Shown in pieces: positions 39,128-52,287 of a DNA stretch of 64,000 bases. How positions within the stretch are numbered: position 1 is the first letter of the stretch; every line of letters starts with the position of its first letter. The position numbers were made by a program, and so were the translations under genes. The notes beneath the pieces were generated by a model. That model was not told the DNA's origin, did no database searches, and was given only the letters and a program-made list of their open reading frames with translations. Origin of the DNA: Callorhinchus milii (taxonomy: Eukaryota); assembly GCF_018977255.1 (NCBI RefSeq), contig NW_024704742.1, positions 57,042,001 to 57,106,000 on the forward strand, given 5' to 3'.

Positions 39128-41396
39128 GGTAATGATCAGTCCAAACCACAGAGCAAATGCAAAGAAGGGCTGAACTGTGCATAGTACACAGTGGTAGCAT
39201 AAAGCTTCCATAACCATTGGTTGCTATGCACACAGAGATATGCCAAAACTACTCTCACAAGAAGTACTTTTGTACATGTGACATTTGGAGAGTTTATGCT
39301 CTTAACCCTGTAATATGTACACTGTGGAATCAAACAGGGCTATTGTTTGCATGGTAATTTCTTTGCGTTCAAGAATTTCTGGCTTGGAAAACCATCCACT
39401 CTATTCATATCTTTTTCCTGAATATTTGCAATTCTTAAGCTTGTGGAGCTGGCAGCAATGTACTAGAATGAAAAGTACAACTTCAAACTTTAAAAGGGAA
39501 GGAGGAAAGGAAAATGGGGGAGGAAAGGAAGGGAGGAAATGTTGTTGAAAGAATTATTACCTTTTTAGTTTACTCTGATAATTAATATTTCCTAGTTTTA
39601 TACTTGTTTTTGATGCAAATGAATAGAAAAATACAGTATATCATGTTGACAGATGTACTTTGAAAGGAAAGCAGTATCTATAAGATGCATAATGTATTGC
39701 TGTTGATCACAGCTTAATTACTAAGCCATGAAAGGAGAACAATTCTCTTTCAATAATAAAGGAGTCTTTTTTCATCACTTTCTATTGCTATATAAATGCA
39801 CGCTGTTGCTGGTGGATTTGTGGTGTAAGTAAATTCATTCTTATTTAGTCTTCTCTTTCTCTTCAGAAGAACTAGATGTATTTGTTCATTGTTATGGATG
39901 TTTTTTCAGATATTTTGCATTTCAAAATTGTACATAAAGGGTTATTTAACAGATAAATATGAAGCATATTCTTGTTGTTCTTGGGGATACTACTTTTGCA
40001 AAACAGAGGACTTTTTACATTTTTGGTACCCATTAACCTCAAGTCAAATGCAGAGCTAAACTCCCTCCACTTTTCCCCAACAATGTACCTTTATCCGAAC
40101 CCCAGAAGAGAACCAGTACATTAGTTTCTGCTTCCCACTCCAACTATTATGAAGCCTTTTTGAGTGAAATTACCAATTTAGTGACAAAATAATGCATTTT
40201 CAGCTCACGGCTGCTTGAAAATGGGTTTGAGAAGGCCACAAACTCATTTCACTTACCACCATTGAAAACATTCGGTTGAAAGCTATTTACATTCACAAAG
40301 TACCATGGGAAAAGATCAGTTTTAAAATCCTGCTCAGGATTAGCTGCTTCAACTGATAAGAGGCCATGGTCACTTAAGATCAGATATCCAATCCTTTGGT
40401 GCTGTTCAACAAGAATTGTGTTAATCAAATCATTCAGTTAGTGGAATCAATATGAAGTGAGCACAGAGCTTGTGTTTTGATTCTGTGGAGGAACAAAGCT
40501 AAACAAAGCCTAAAGCAATAAACAACTGTATTTGTTTATTTTAGATCATCTATTCAAAAAACTAGAATGAAATATTCCTGCCACAATAGACACTTAAATA
40601 ATTTCATGTACATACTGTATCAATAGGAAATTACACATTAATTTTTTTAAGTATTGGAGTCTGTCTCTAAGAATGCAATATTTCAGTACTAAAATCATAA
40701 ATATTGAAGTGTGTTTTAAGATGGAATATGGGATTGATAATAAAATAATAATAATAATCAATACATCTGATAAATTTCAAAGCGCTTCGCAGAATTTTCT
40801 GTAAAGTGCACTGAATGTGTACTTTGGAGGCAAACATGTCAGCGAATTTGTGCACAGCAATGTCCCCAAAACAGCCAATATGTGAATGACCAATTTTATT
40901 TGGGCAATTGATGGCTAGGGTATCTGGCGAAACTCGCTTCGCTTTTCACAAGATCACAAGAGAGGCTCAAGGGAAGAAGAACCATTCAATCTCATCCTTC
41001 CAGAATATCTAGCCTACCATTCTCCCACCATAAAATCAAGCTTTTTTTTAAACGAGTCCAGTGTCTTGGCCTCAATCACTGATAACCTATTCCAGTCATT
41101 AATTAATAATAATAATTACCTTCTATGTAAAGAAATGTTTCCTGGTGTCTATCATAAAATTGCCCTTTGCTATCATAATCCTGTGTCCTCTTGTTCTGCT
41201 GTCTCAGTGGATCCAGAAGTATTGCTCCCGGTTTACTTACTCAATTCCATTTAAAAGATATATATCTCTATAAGACCACATTTGAGATGTTTCTCTTCAT
41301 CACTGAAAAACACGTAGTTTGTCTAATCATTGTTCATAGCTCAGTCCATTAACAGTAGGGATCATCCTTGTTGCTCTCCTCTGTACTGCCTCTAGA

Positions 41397-41629
41397 AGTG
41401 GTGGCCAACTGTGGCCTGTGGGCCAGAAGTGGCCCGCTGGGCAGTCAAGAAGTGCCCAACCCCCCACCCACCCAAACATTTGTACGAGTCTAGGTAAATC
41501 TGTGTTCGATCGTTGGTATACTTCCATTTTTTTCTTGGTTGAATATTTATCAATTTATGGCAGAAATCAAGAGGAATTCAATCAAGAAAATGCATTTTAT
41601 TATCCATCCATAAAGGTTGGCCACCACTG
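41397..41629. mobile_element. Second hAT MITE of the same family, opposite orientation, inside a CR1 remnant
   Basis: Ends AGTGGTGGCCAAC / GGTTGGCCACCACTG; flanks CTCTAGA (41390-41396) and CTCTAGAG (41630-41637). Interior resembles the reverse complement of 939-1093. Confidence 0.8.
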
Positions 41630-44600
41630 CTCTAGAGTCTGAGCTGCTCCACTATGTCGATATGCGCAGCTAAAATGATATGTTGTAATAAATTCACCAA
41701 AGATAGAATTGTGAAAAAGAACTTGGTGTAATAGATCTACCGGTGAAAACATCTTATGAAACATTTTACTTTTCACTCCATGGAGTGACCTTATGTCCTT
41801 TAAAACCTTGCCAATTCATGTAGTAACTTCATAGAACAGACAGTCCCTTCTTGCTAAATCCACCATTGGTGACAACCTCTCTCTCCTTCAAACAACATGC
41901 TGAATTGGACTCTGTGTTCTTCATTCACAAAATTCTTAAGTGGTAGAAATGATTATTTTCCAGATGTTCAATGCCAGGAGAAAACAAATGCATGTTTTTC
42001 ATGCTCTGAGAATCTAATTAGACCTTTGGGACTGAATTTTCTCCGTGACTTTCATAAGGCAAATACTACCAAATTGTCTAAAAGAAAATCTAAATCTCAA
42101 ACATTAAATATATTAGAGGAAAACCAATAAAATTAATCATTTAATCATTTCTTATATTGTGTAATTGAATGCTATTAATATGTAAGCATGAAAAATCTGA
42201 AGAGTACAACTATGGCTCTTTGTTTTAAATATAAATACAATTCCATCAGTTAATCAGGACAGAAATGACAAAGAAGTCCCTGTGGCAATTTTAATCTTAT
42301 TCCTCCAGAATCCCAAATCTACTATCGTCCCATTCCAAAATCAAATTGTTTCTCAAATAAGTCCAGTGTCTTGACCTCTCCAACCCCTTCATTCTCTCCA
42401 TTCTAGCTCTTTGTAAAAAANTACTGTACTTCTGGGAGTCAGTTCAAAAGTAGTTTCCACAACCCAGCCCTCTTGTCATAGAATTAGATGATACATTATA
42501 GCACATAGACAGGCCATTCAACCCAACAACTCCTGTCCTTCCCTCCGAATACTATTTCCCATATCTCTGTATTCCCTTCTCCCTCTAGTATGCATCAAAA
42601 ATAAATCTCCTCTTAAAATACATTGATATTGGTATCAATCCCAAACATCGTTTTGGCATTGTTTCCACATTCTTACCTTTCTGCGTAAACAATATATGTC
42701 AGTACTATTGCCTTTTAAACCTGAAAATGTTGGTCTAGGTTTGCTTTCTGTCCTGTATGTTGCCTCTAGTGATTGGTAGCATATTGTTTTTTCATGGTCA
42801 TTTTGAGTTCTTGTCTCTTCAAAACAGAGCCTGTAAAGACAAGAACAACCTCTTCTGAAAATTTATCACTGTCATTATTTCACACATTTTCTATTTTGCT
42901 TTTGATGATTGATTTCATTCATTCTACACTTATCTAGATCTGTCTTATGGGTTGATAGGTACTAGATATGACTCCATCACAATAAATTTTGGAACCTCCC
43001 CAGTGTTCAATGACAACCTTAAAATGATTGTCCACAATCACAAACCTTTTCCTTTGGTACTCAAAGTACCCTGGAGTACAGTTCATTCATCTTTGTGGAT
43101 ATATTGATTTTCCGCCCTGAAGCCTATCCCAAACCACTGCCTTGCTAATGTCAGAGAAAAAGCTAACATATATTGGATGTTGAACAGGATATTGTAAGTA
43201 AAAATCCCCAAGAAATCATTAATTAATAAGTTTACCTATGGTGCTTTTTCCCATCTTCAACTCTGTTTGTTCCCTTTAGGTTTTAACTTCCTAGCTGATG
43301 TTCCTCTAGGTTTTACTCTAAATTATTTTATTGTCAGAATCTGTAAGTATAATGTTTTGAATCTGCTGCTATGCCACTTCTAGATATCTTTTTACAATGT
43401 GTTATATTAACAATATTCATGTTATTTGAGGTTTTAGGCAGTTTCATATAGTCAAACTGTAACATAAAATAACATGGTGGAAGAAATCATTAGTGCTCGT
43501 CAATTGAAACACCACAATCTATTTTTCACATTTTAAAATGCTCTACAGTCCATGGTTTGGCATTTACCAAGTCAACTAACAACATCTAGTGGCAGAAAGA
43601 TGTTTCTGCATTGCTAGATGTCTGCTTGCATCTATTGGTAGCATCTTTACCTCTGAGGCCAAAGCGTTTAAACCCTTTGATTTCTTAGCAAATAGTCTAA
43701 GATGATACCCAAACGCAGTCCTGGGGGAGAGTTGCAATGTCACAAGTTACGTCCTTTGGATGAGATATCCACCTGTTCAGGTTGACCTTAAAGATCCCAT
43801 GACACTATTCAAAAGGAAATTTATCCTAGTGTCCTGGCCAAAAAAACTCCAGATAAAAATGATGATTCATTTAATAGCTATTTGTGGGACATTGCTGTCT
43901 GAAAATTGAGTGCTGTTTTTGCATACAGATATAGTCACTACAATGTACAGTAAATCCTTTGAGACATTTTGATGATGTGATACATGCAAGGATAAATATA
44001 AATATTTCTTTAAAAATCCTGCTAAGTTTTATTTTCTTATCAAACAATTTAGAATTAATCTTCTATAAAGATGCACAGTGACATATCAATCTCACTCTCA
44101 ATGAGTGTACGTTCTTTTCTCTTTGAGAAGAAATGCAAAGCAAGGATCTGATCATTTTATTCATGATCCCTGACAAATATTTTAATAGAATTTACTTATG
44201 AAACAAATTGTTTAAAGAAGTTTCTTTAATATATATTTCTTCATATATTTCTAGTCCACAAGCAAGAAAAGTGTTAAAATCTCTCAGAGCTTTAAATATG
44301 GCTTCCATATCAGTAATGAGGTGCCCTCACACCTGGACTGGAAGGCTCTATTGCAGCCTCCTTGTTTTTCTCACTTTTATCAATACTAAGATCACTGCTC
44401 CTATGAACATTTATTTCTTGTTGCTCCTAAATTCACTACTTTGAAATCAATGCTATTCTAACTCAGCAGAGAATAAACCTCAAGAATAAACAATTACGTT
44501 CCAGAGAGTTTGTTTTAGAATCATAGGATCATAGAATCATAGAATATTACAGCAAAGAAGGAGGGTATTTCACCCATCGTGCCTGAACCAGCTCTTTGGA

Positions 44601-45919
44601 AGAGCTACCCAAACAGTCCCACTCTCCTGCTCTTTCCCCATATCCTTGCAAATGTTTCCTTTTCAAGTACCTATCTAATTCCCTTTTGAAAGTTGTTATT
44701 GAATCAATTCCCTTTTGAAACTTGTTATTTTAGAAATATTGTTGATATTGAACTCCCGTAAAACAATGTTTGTGATGCAACATTGCTTTGCACATCAACC
44801 AAAACTATGTGAGTTCAAGAACCAATGTGGGGTTTGAATCCACAACCTTCTGACTCAGTGCCAAGAGAGCTGCCAACTGAGGCAGGTTGAAACACAAAGA
44901 GCAGACATAAGTCGAGTTGGTTAATACAACTATTCACCTCTTAGCTGTCTGTTCCATCCATCAACAACTTGTGCTACTATTAATATTAATAAAAACAGAG
45001 TTGCTACAAGCTGTTCACAAATATTGCAGCAAAGTCTAAAGTATTAACAAAACAGCACAATGTGTGGTAGAATACTTCAAATAGGTTGTCTGTGACAAGA
45101 TGTAAAATAAACTATTCTGGAAGGCTACATTGGTATTGCATTTCTAGTGTTTAACAATACTGTATCAAAAAAGGTTTTGTAATTTAAAATAAAAATTTCA
45201 ACAAAAGGATTCTCTCTTCTTCCTTACACTGAAAATAGATAGTGCATGAAACACAATTTCCTCACAAGTCTGTTTTAATGTCTCTTTTATATTGGCCCTC
45301 ACATTGCACTGAGTGCAATGCATTATTCTTTGCAGATTCCTGCTCCTTAGCTGCACTTTTTGGATGTCAAATAATCAACTGCCAGAAGCACTGACTCAAT
45401 TCCCACATTCCATTGTCAAGCATGTTCCCTGGGCACCCGCTCATCTTCACCACACTGAAGGTAGATGTCCGTCAAATAGCTGATGAGGAAACTCTGAGGT
45501 TTGGGGCGACAGCTGCTGGATGGCATTCCCTGCAGGCTGAGTTCATGAACATGCATCTGTACATCGAGGGCTTGAATGGTTTGAGAGAGAAACAGCTGCT
45601 GCGCAAGCTCCACTCCTCCAAGTGGTGGAACTATCGCTCAGTGGGAAGGGATGTATGTCCAAGCTGTGGCAATGCTCTCGCATATTTCATGCTGAGCTTT
45701 GTTGCCCACTAGGCAGCTTGTAGGGAGTTCTGGGTACCTACCATCCACCCAGTGAGGGCTCAAACCCATATTAGCTGGATGTCAAATGACCAACTAGTGA
45801 TGATCCTCCTTGGAGGGGAGGAAAGCGGAGTCACCTTAGAGCTGAACTGGCTCCAAGGTGACATGTTCGGCAACGGAATGTCAGAATCAAGCCAACCCTC
45901 TGTGGAGGTCTTAGTACAA

Positions 45920-46570
45920 AAACAACAACTTAGCGCCATCCACATCGGACTGAGTTCCAGAGTGCTTAACAATGGCAGAGCCCGAGGCTGAGTGGGGGAG
46001 GGGGAAGGTGACCATAGACACCGTCGAAGAGGAAGGTCTTCGGGCGCGACCTGAAAATGGGGAAAGAGAGGGCAAGGCAAAGGGACTGAAGGAGTTCCAT
46101 AGCTTCAGGGCACAGTGGCTTAAGGCATGGCCACCAATGGTGGAGCGGAGGATTCGAGTGACTGGGAGGAGGCCGGAGCCAGTACAGCGGAAGCAGTGGG
46201 TAGTATTGTGTGGAGAGAGGAGGTTGGAGAGGTAGGACATGCCAAGACGTGGAGGGATTTAAACACTAGAGTGAGGATCTTGAAGTCGATCCGCTCTGTG
46301 ACAGGGAGCCAGTGGCGTTTGGCAAAGACTGGAGTAATCGGAGTGCGGAATTTAGTGCGGGTGAGAATGCGGGGGCTGGAGTTTTGATGAGTTGAATTTT
46401 GTGAATAGTGTAAGAGGGGAGACCGGCGAGGAGGGCAATGGAGTAGTCCAGCTGAGAGGTGATGAAGGCTTGGACAAGGGTTTCAGCAACTTGCGTTGTG
46501 GAGTGAGGTGTTGTCGGAAACGGACAATGTGGCAGAGGTGGAGGAAAGCAATTGTCCGGGTCTTGAGCCA
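45920..46570 (-). mobile_element. L2 3' fragment
   Basis: AETLVQAFITSQLDYSIALLAGLP and the downstream L2 C-terminal motifs on the minus strand. Confidence 0.8.
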
Positions 46571-47179
46571 CGCACATCTGTAGTATTCCAGGATACTGCT
46601 GATAACAGACCAGCCAGCCTGACTCATCGACCCGATTTGGAAGGGCAGACCAGTCACTTTCTAATCAGTTTCCCAGTCAGCAAGCCAAAGACCTACGGGT
46701 AACTTGGTCCTAGCCGAACAAGCAGCGGGAAACCTTGCCAGGCGATGCTTTCAATGGCAAGTTACGTGGTTTTAGCTGGTTAGTGCAGCAGTATCACAAC
46801 ACACACTCTGGGGTCCCCAAACCTCGGCTCTTGCCAATCAGAGCCCTAATACTTTCCGGAATTAGATAAGCAGGATGCGTCCCTCCAGGGAGAGGGTGTG
46901 GATCCCATTCAAATAAATATCCCTGGGATTTCCGCGTGCAGGTGGGAAGCGGGGAATTCTCAGCTTGGTTTGGACACTCCTAACCATGGGGCTGGATTTC
47001 GCTCGAGTCAGACGCCCAACACCCAATTCACAAAGAAAAAAACTCTGCTGTGAGAATGCGCTGCGCCAAATGTGAGGGTGATTATTGCCGCCGATAACTA
47101 GGATCAAGTTTGATTAATAATAATGATAATAATCAAGTTTGATGATTAGTTATGGTGATCCTTCTCTGTTTTGAAGAGT

Positions 47180-47337
47180 GAGGTTGCCATGTGTACAGGG
47201 ATGTCAATCACAGCCACGTGACCGGCCCTGGAGCCGGAACTTTCGCTCCCGGAGCCGCGGGTTTGGGGAACACATTGTGAGGTGCCGCGTGGGAGGAAGT
47301 GACGTACTTAGTTACGCGTCCAGAGACGGCAACAGCG
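47180..47337 (+). promoter_or_regulatory. Candidate CFAP97 core promoter (CpG-rich; X-box-like, E-box, ETS/CRE motifs)
   Basis: GTTGCCATGTGTAC 47183-47196; CACGTGAC 47215-47222; GGAAGTGACGT 47295-47305; GGCAAC 47328-47333; dense CpG. Confidence 0.6.
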
Positions 47338-50300
47338 AGAGAGAGACTGTGTGTGTGTGTGAGAGAGAGAGTCACAGAGAGAGACTGTGTGTGTGAGAGA
47401 GACTGTGTTTGTGAGAGAGAGAGACTGTGTGTGTGTGAGAGAGAGAGTCACAGAGAGAGACTGTGTGTGTGTGTGTGAGAGAGACTGTGTTTGTGAGAGA
47501 GAGAGACTGTGTGTGTGTGTGTGTGAGAGAGACTGTGTGTGTGTGTGAGAGAGAGAGTCACAGAGAGAGACTGTGTGTGTGTGTGAGAGAGACTGTGTTT
47601 GTGAGAGAGAGAGACTGTGTGTGTGTGTGTGAGAGAGACTGTGTGTGTGAGAGAGACTGTGTGTGTGTGTGTGTGTGAGAGACTGTGTGTGTGAGAGAGA
47701 GACTGTGTGTGTGTGTGTGTGAGAGAGACTGTGTGTGTGTGTGTGTGAGAGACTGTGTGTGTGAGAGAGACTGTGTGTGTGTGTGTGAGAGAGACTGTGT
47801 GTGTGAGAGAGAGACTGTGTGTGTGTGTGTGTGAGAGAGACTGTGTGTGTGTGTGTGTGAGAGACTGTGTGTGTGAGAGAGACTGTGTGTGTGTGTGAGA
47901 GAGAGAGAGAGTGTGTGTGTGAGAGAGAGAGTCACAGAGAGAGACTGTGTGTGAGAGACTGTGTGTGTGTGTGAGAGAGAGAGAGTGTGTGTGTGAGAGA
48001 GAGAGTCACAGAGAGAGACTGTGAGAGACTGTGTGTGTGTGTGAGAGAGAGAGAGAGTGTGTGTGTGAGAGAGAGAGTCACAGAGAGAGACTGTGAGAGA
48101 CTGTGTGTGTGTGTGAGAGAGAGAGAGTGTGTGTGAGAGAGAGAGTCACAGAGAGAGACTGTGTGTGTGTGTGAGAGAGACTGTGTTTGTGAGAGAGAGA
48201 GACTGTGTGTGTGTGAGAGACTGTGTGTGTGTGTGTGTGAGAGAGACTGTGTGAGAGAGACTGTGTGTGAGAGACTGTGTGTGTGAGAGAGACTGTGTGT
48301 GTGTGTGAGACTGTGTGTGTGTGAGAGAGACTGTGTGTGGTGTGTGTGAGAGAGACTGTGTGTGAGAGAGACTGTGTGTGAGAGAGACTGTGTGTGTGAG
48401 AGACTGTGTGTGAGAGACTGTGTGTGTGTGTGAGAGAGAGAGAGTGTGTGTGTGAGAGAGAGAGACAGAGAGAGACTGTGTGTGTGTGTGAGAGAGACTG
48501 TGTGTGAGAGAGAGAGACTGTGTGTGTGAGAGAGACTGTGTGTGAGAGAGAGACTGTGTGTGAGAGAGACTGTGTGTGAGAGAGACTGGTGTGTGAGAGA
48601 GACTGTGTATGTGTGAGAGACTGTGTGTGAGAGGGAGAGACTGTGTGTGAAAAACTGTGTGTGAGAGAGACTGTGTGTGTGAGAGACTGTGTGTGTGAGA
48701 GACTGTGTGTGTGTGAGAGACTGTGTGTGTGTGAGAGACTGTGTGTGTGAGAGACTGTGTGTGTGAGAGACTGTGTGTGTGAGAGAGACTGTGTGTGTGA
48801 GAGAGACTGTGTGTGTGAGAGACTGTGTGTGTGAGAGAGACTGTGTGTGTGAGAGACTGTGTGTGTGAGAGAGACTGTGTGTGTGTGTGAGAGAGACTGT
48901 GTGTGTGTGAGAGAGACTGTGTGTGTGTGTGAGAGACTGTGTGTGTGTGTGAGAGACTGTGTGTGTGTGTGAGAGACTGTGTGTGTGTGTGAGAGACTGT
49001 GTGTGTGTGAGAGACTGTGTGTGTGTGTGAGAGACTGTGTGTGTGTGTGAGAGACTGTGTGTGTGTGAGAGACTGTGTGTGTGTGAGAGACTGTGTGTGT
49101 GTGAGAGACTGTGTGTGTGAGAGACTGTGTGTGAGAGAGGACGTGTGTGAGAGAGAGGGGGTGTGGAGTCACAGAGAGAGACTGTGGTGTGTGTGAGAGA
49201 CTGTGTGTGAGAGAGACTGTGTGTGAGAGAGACTGTGTGTGAGAGAGACTGTGTGTGAGAGAGACTGTGTGTGAGAGACTGTGTGTGTGTGAGAGACTGT
49301 GTGTGTGTGAGAGACTGTGTGTGTGAGAGAGAGACTGTGTGTGTGTGAGAGAGACTGTGTGTGTGTGTGAGAGAGACTGTGTGTGTGTGTGTGAGAGAGA
49401 CTGTGTGTGTGTGTGTGAGAGAGACTGTGTGTGTGTGTGTGAGAGAGACTGTGTGTGTGTGAGAGAGACTGTGTGTGTGTGAGAGAGACTGTGTGTGTGT
49501 GAGAGAGACTGTGTGTGTGTGAGAGAGACTGTGTGTGTGTGTGAGAGACTGTGTGTGTGTGAGAGAGAGACTGTGTGTGTGTGAGAGAGACTGTGTGTGT
49601 GTGAGAGAGACTGCGTGTGAGAGAGAGAGACTGCGTGTGAGAGAGAGAGACTGCGTGTGAGAGAGAGAGACTGCGTGTGAGAGAGAGAGACTGCGTGTGA
49701 GAGAGAGACTGTGTGTGTGAGAGAGAGACTGTGTGTGTGAGAGAGAGACACTGTGTGTGTGAGAGAGAGACTGTGTGTGTGAGAGAGAGACTGTGTGTGT
49801 GAGAGAGAGACTGTGTGTGTGAGAGAGAGACTGTGTGTGGAGAGAGAGACTGTGTGTGAGAGAGAGACTGTGTGTGTGTGAGAGAGAGACTGTGTGTGTG
49901 AGAGAGAGACTGTGTGTGTGAGAGAGAGACTGTGTGTGTGAGAGAGAGACTGTGTGTGTGAGAGAGAGACTGTGTGTGTGAGAGAGAGACTGTGTGTGTG
50001 AGAGAGAGACTGTGTGTGAGAGAGAGACTGTGTGTGTGAGAGAGAGACTGAGTGTGAGACTGTGTGTGAGAGAGAGACTGTGAGAGAGAGACTTTGTGTG
50101 TGTGTGAGAGAGACTTTGTGTGTGTGAGAGAGTGACTGTGTGTATGAGAGAGAGAGATTGTGTGTGTGAGAGAGACTGTGTGTGAGAGAGACTGAGACTT
50201 TGTGTGTGTGAGTGAGAGAGAGACTGAGGCTTTGTGTGTGTGAGTGAGAGAGACTGAGACTTTGTGTGTGTGTGAGTGAGAGAGACTGAGACTTTGAGTG

Positions 50301-50520
50301 TGAGTGAGAGAGAGAGACTGAGACTTTGAGTGTGAGTGAGAGAGAGAGACTGAGGCTTCGTGTGTGTGAGTGAGAGAGAGACTGAGGCTTTGTGTGTGTG
50401 AGTGAGAGAGACTGAGACTTTGTGTGTGTGAGTGAGAGAGACTGAGGCTTTGTGTGTGTGAGTGAGAGAGAGAGACTGAGACTTTGTGAGTGAGAGAGAG
50501 ACTGAGACTGTGTGTGAGAG
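47338..50520. repeat. About 3.2-kb compound micro/minisatellite, unit GACT(GT)n(GA)m
   Basis: Directly visible tandem array with local sub-variants. Confidence 0.98.
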
Positions 50521-51155
50521 TGAGAGACGCTGAGGAGATGAGAGATTCAATGTGTGAAAGATACCATTAGTGAGAGAGATTGGGGCAGAGAGAGAAAGTC
50601 TGACAGAGAGAAAATGATCTATTGAGTGAGAGAGCAAGAGAGAGGCTTTTGAGAGACAGAGAAAATCTTTTGAGTGTGTGCACACTTAAGAGTGATAGTC
50701 TGAGATTATGAGAGCCGGAGAAAGAGAGAGAAACTGAGCCATCGAGCGAGAGAGTGGCGAGAGACTGAGAAGTAGTGTCTGAGAGATTGAGGTGTGTGTG
50801 CATGTGAGAGAGTGGCGCAATCTGAGCTGTTGTCTGAGAGACTGAGATAGAGGCAGTGAGAGGGAGAGGATAAAATAGTATATGTAAGAGACACAGACTT
50901 GGGACAGTGTGTATATATATATATGCGTGTTGTGTGTCAGAGGGAAAGAGAGAGAGTCTGAGCTTGTATGTATTGGAGAGACTGAATTTGTGTGTATGTG
51001 AGAAAGAGAAATCAAGCTGTGAATTGAAGAGAAAGAGAGACACAAACTACACTCAGACTGGGAAGGAGAGATCAGCGACCACTTGTGAGTGTAAACGCGG
51101 TCAGTGAGAGACATAGTGAAGGGAGTGACCAACTTCTGTAACATCTGGGATCGAT

Positions 51156-52287
51156 ATGACGGATGGTGAGGCCCTAGATGGAGAAGTGGATCATTCCTTC
51201 TTCGACAGTGACAGTGAGCAAAATGTGGGAGATGGGCAGAGAACCCCAGGCAGCGCATGGCCCATCATAGAGTCTAATCCCATGCAAGGACAATCGTCAT
51301 CACATACAAGTCCTGAACCAGTGCCGTCTTCATCTGCAGATGGGAGCAGCAAAGAGGATCTGAGGACCAGTGCTGAGAAAAAATGCAAGCACAAGTTAGG
51401 CAAAAGCGTTTCTTTCAACAACAGGGGACCCGATACAGAAATGTTAAAGAAAGGAAAAGAGGGTCGGAGATGGTCAGGAAGTGGTTCTTCATCCCGATCA
51501 ACCTCTTCTTCCTCCTCAACCTGCTCCTCCTCATCATCGCCCTCTTCTGTGTCAAGCAAAAGCAGCAGTAGCCTCCCAGGTAAAACTGTTTTACCCCACA
51601 TTACAATACAAGCTGCAATCCAATCAGCATCTTCCGGAAATTCAGAAAGTGAAGGAGAAAGTACTGAGGAAGAGAAGAAGGTTGAAGAGAGATCCAAATC
51701 TTCTAAATTCGATCACTATGCCAAGAAGGGTGCGACTCGGAACCAACACCATCGCTGCAAGTTTGATTTAGATCAAAATGTAGATCAGAGTTCAGGTTCT
51801 GACTCTGACATTAGCAAAGGCACCGTGTATCATTCTTTGCTGGAGGAGAAACCATCTTCAAGATTTTCAACATCCAAGCAGAGACCAAAATCCGCTTTGA
51901 AGTTGAGTAAAGAGAAACATATAAAATACCTTAACAATGAGGGTGCAGATCAAGAAGATGAAGATGCAATAACTGACGTGACCCCTCTCTCCACCCCAGA
52001 TTTCAGTCCCATTCAGTCTGTTGACTTCTCTGAGAATAAAGGAAGCAGAAAGCAGGAGAATGTCGGCCAGGAAATATATGATTTGGCCAAATCAAGCCCT
52101 GGCTCAGAAAAGAGCCAAAGACCAGGAAAGTTAAGCAGATTCCAGAGAGGAGAAGCTGCTTCTTGCCATTCCGAGAGCAGTACCGTTTCCTCCGCCAGAT
52201 CAAAATCAGCACAACCTGTTTCCTTTACACAAAGACACAGCAAGAAGACTCTCACCGATGCCACAGATCTCAACCAGCTCCTCAAAG
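51156..52287 (+). CDS. CFAP97: Cilia- and flagella-associated protein 97 (KIAA1430), first large coding exon
   Basis: Motifs GEVDHSFFDSD, poly-Ser tract, TDVTPLSTPDFSPIQS, KQENVGQEIY and DLNQLLK match human CFAP97 as recalled. In-frame TGA at 51126-51128 before the ATG. Donor AAAG|gtgaca, phase 1. Confidence 0.95.

Noticed and set aside
45480..45496. CTGATGAGGAAAC (and CTGATGAGACATGAAA at 29462) as hammerhead cores
   Set aside because: No stem II between CUGAUGA and GAAA.
47932..50685. 917-aa and 557-aa minus-strand ORFs
   Set aside because: Translations of the dinucleotide satellite (S/L/T/H/Q only); stops are absent because of base composition.
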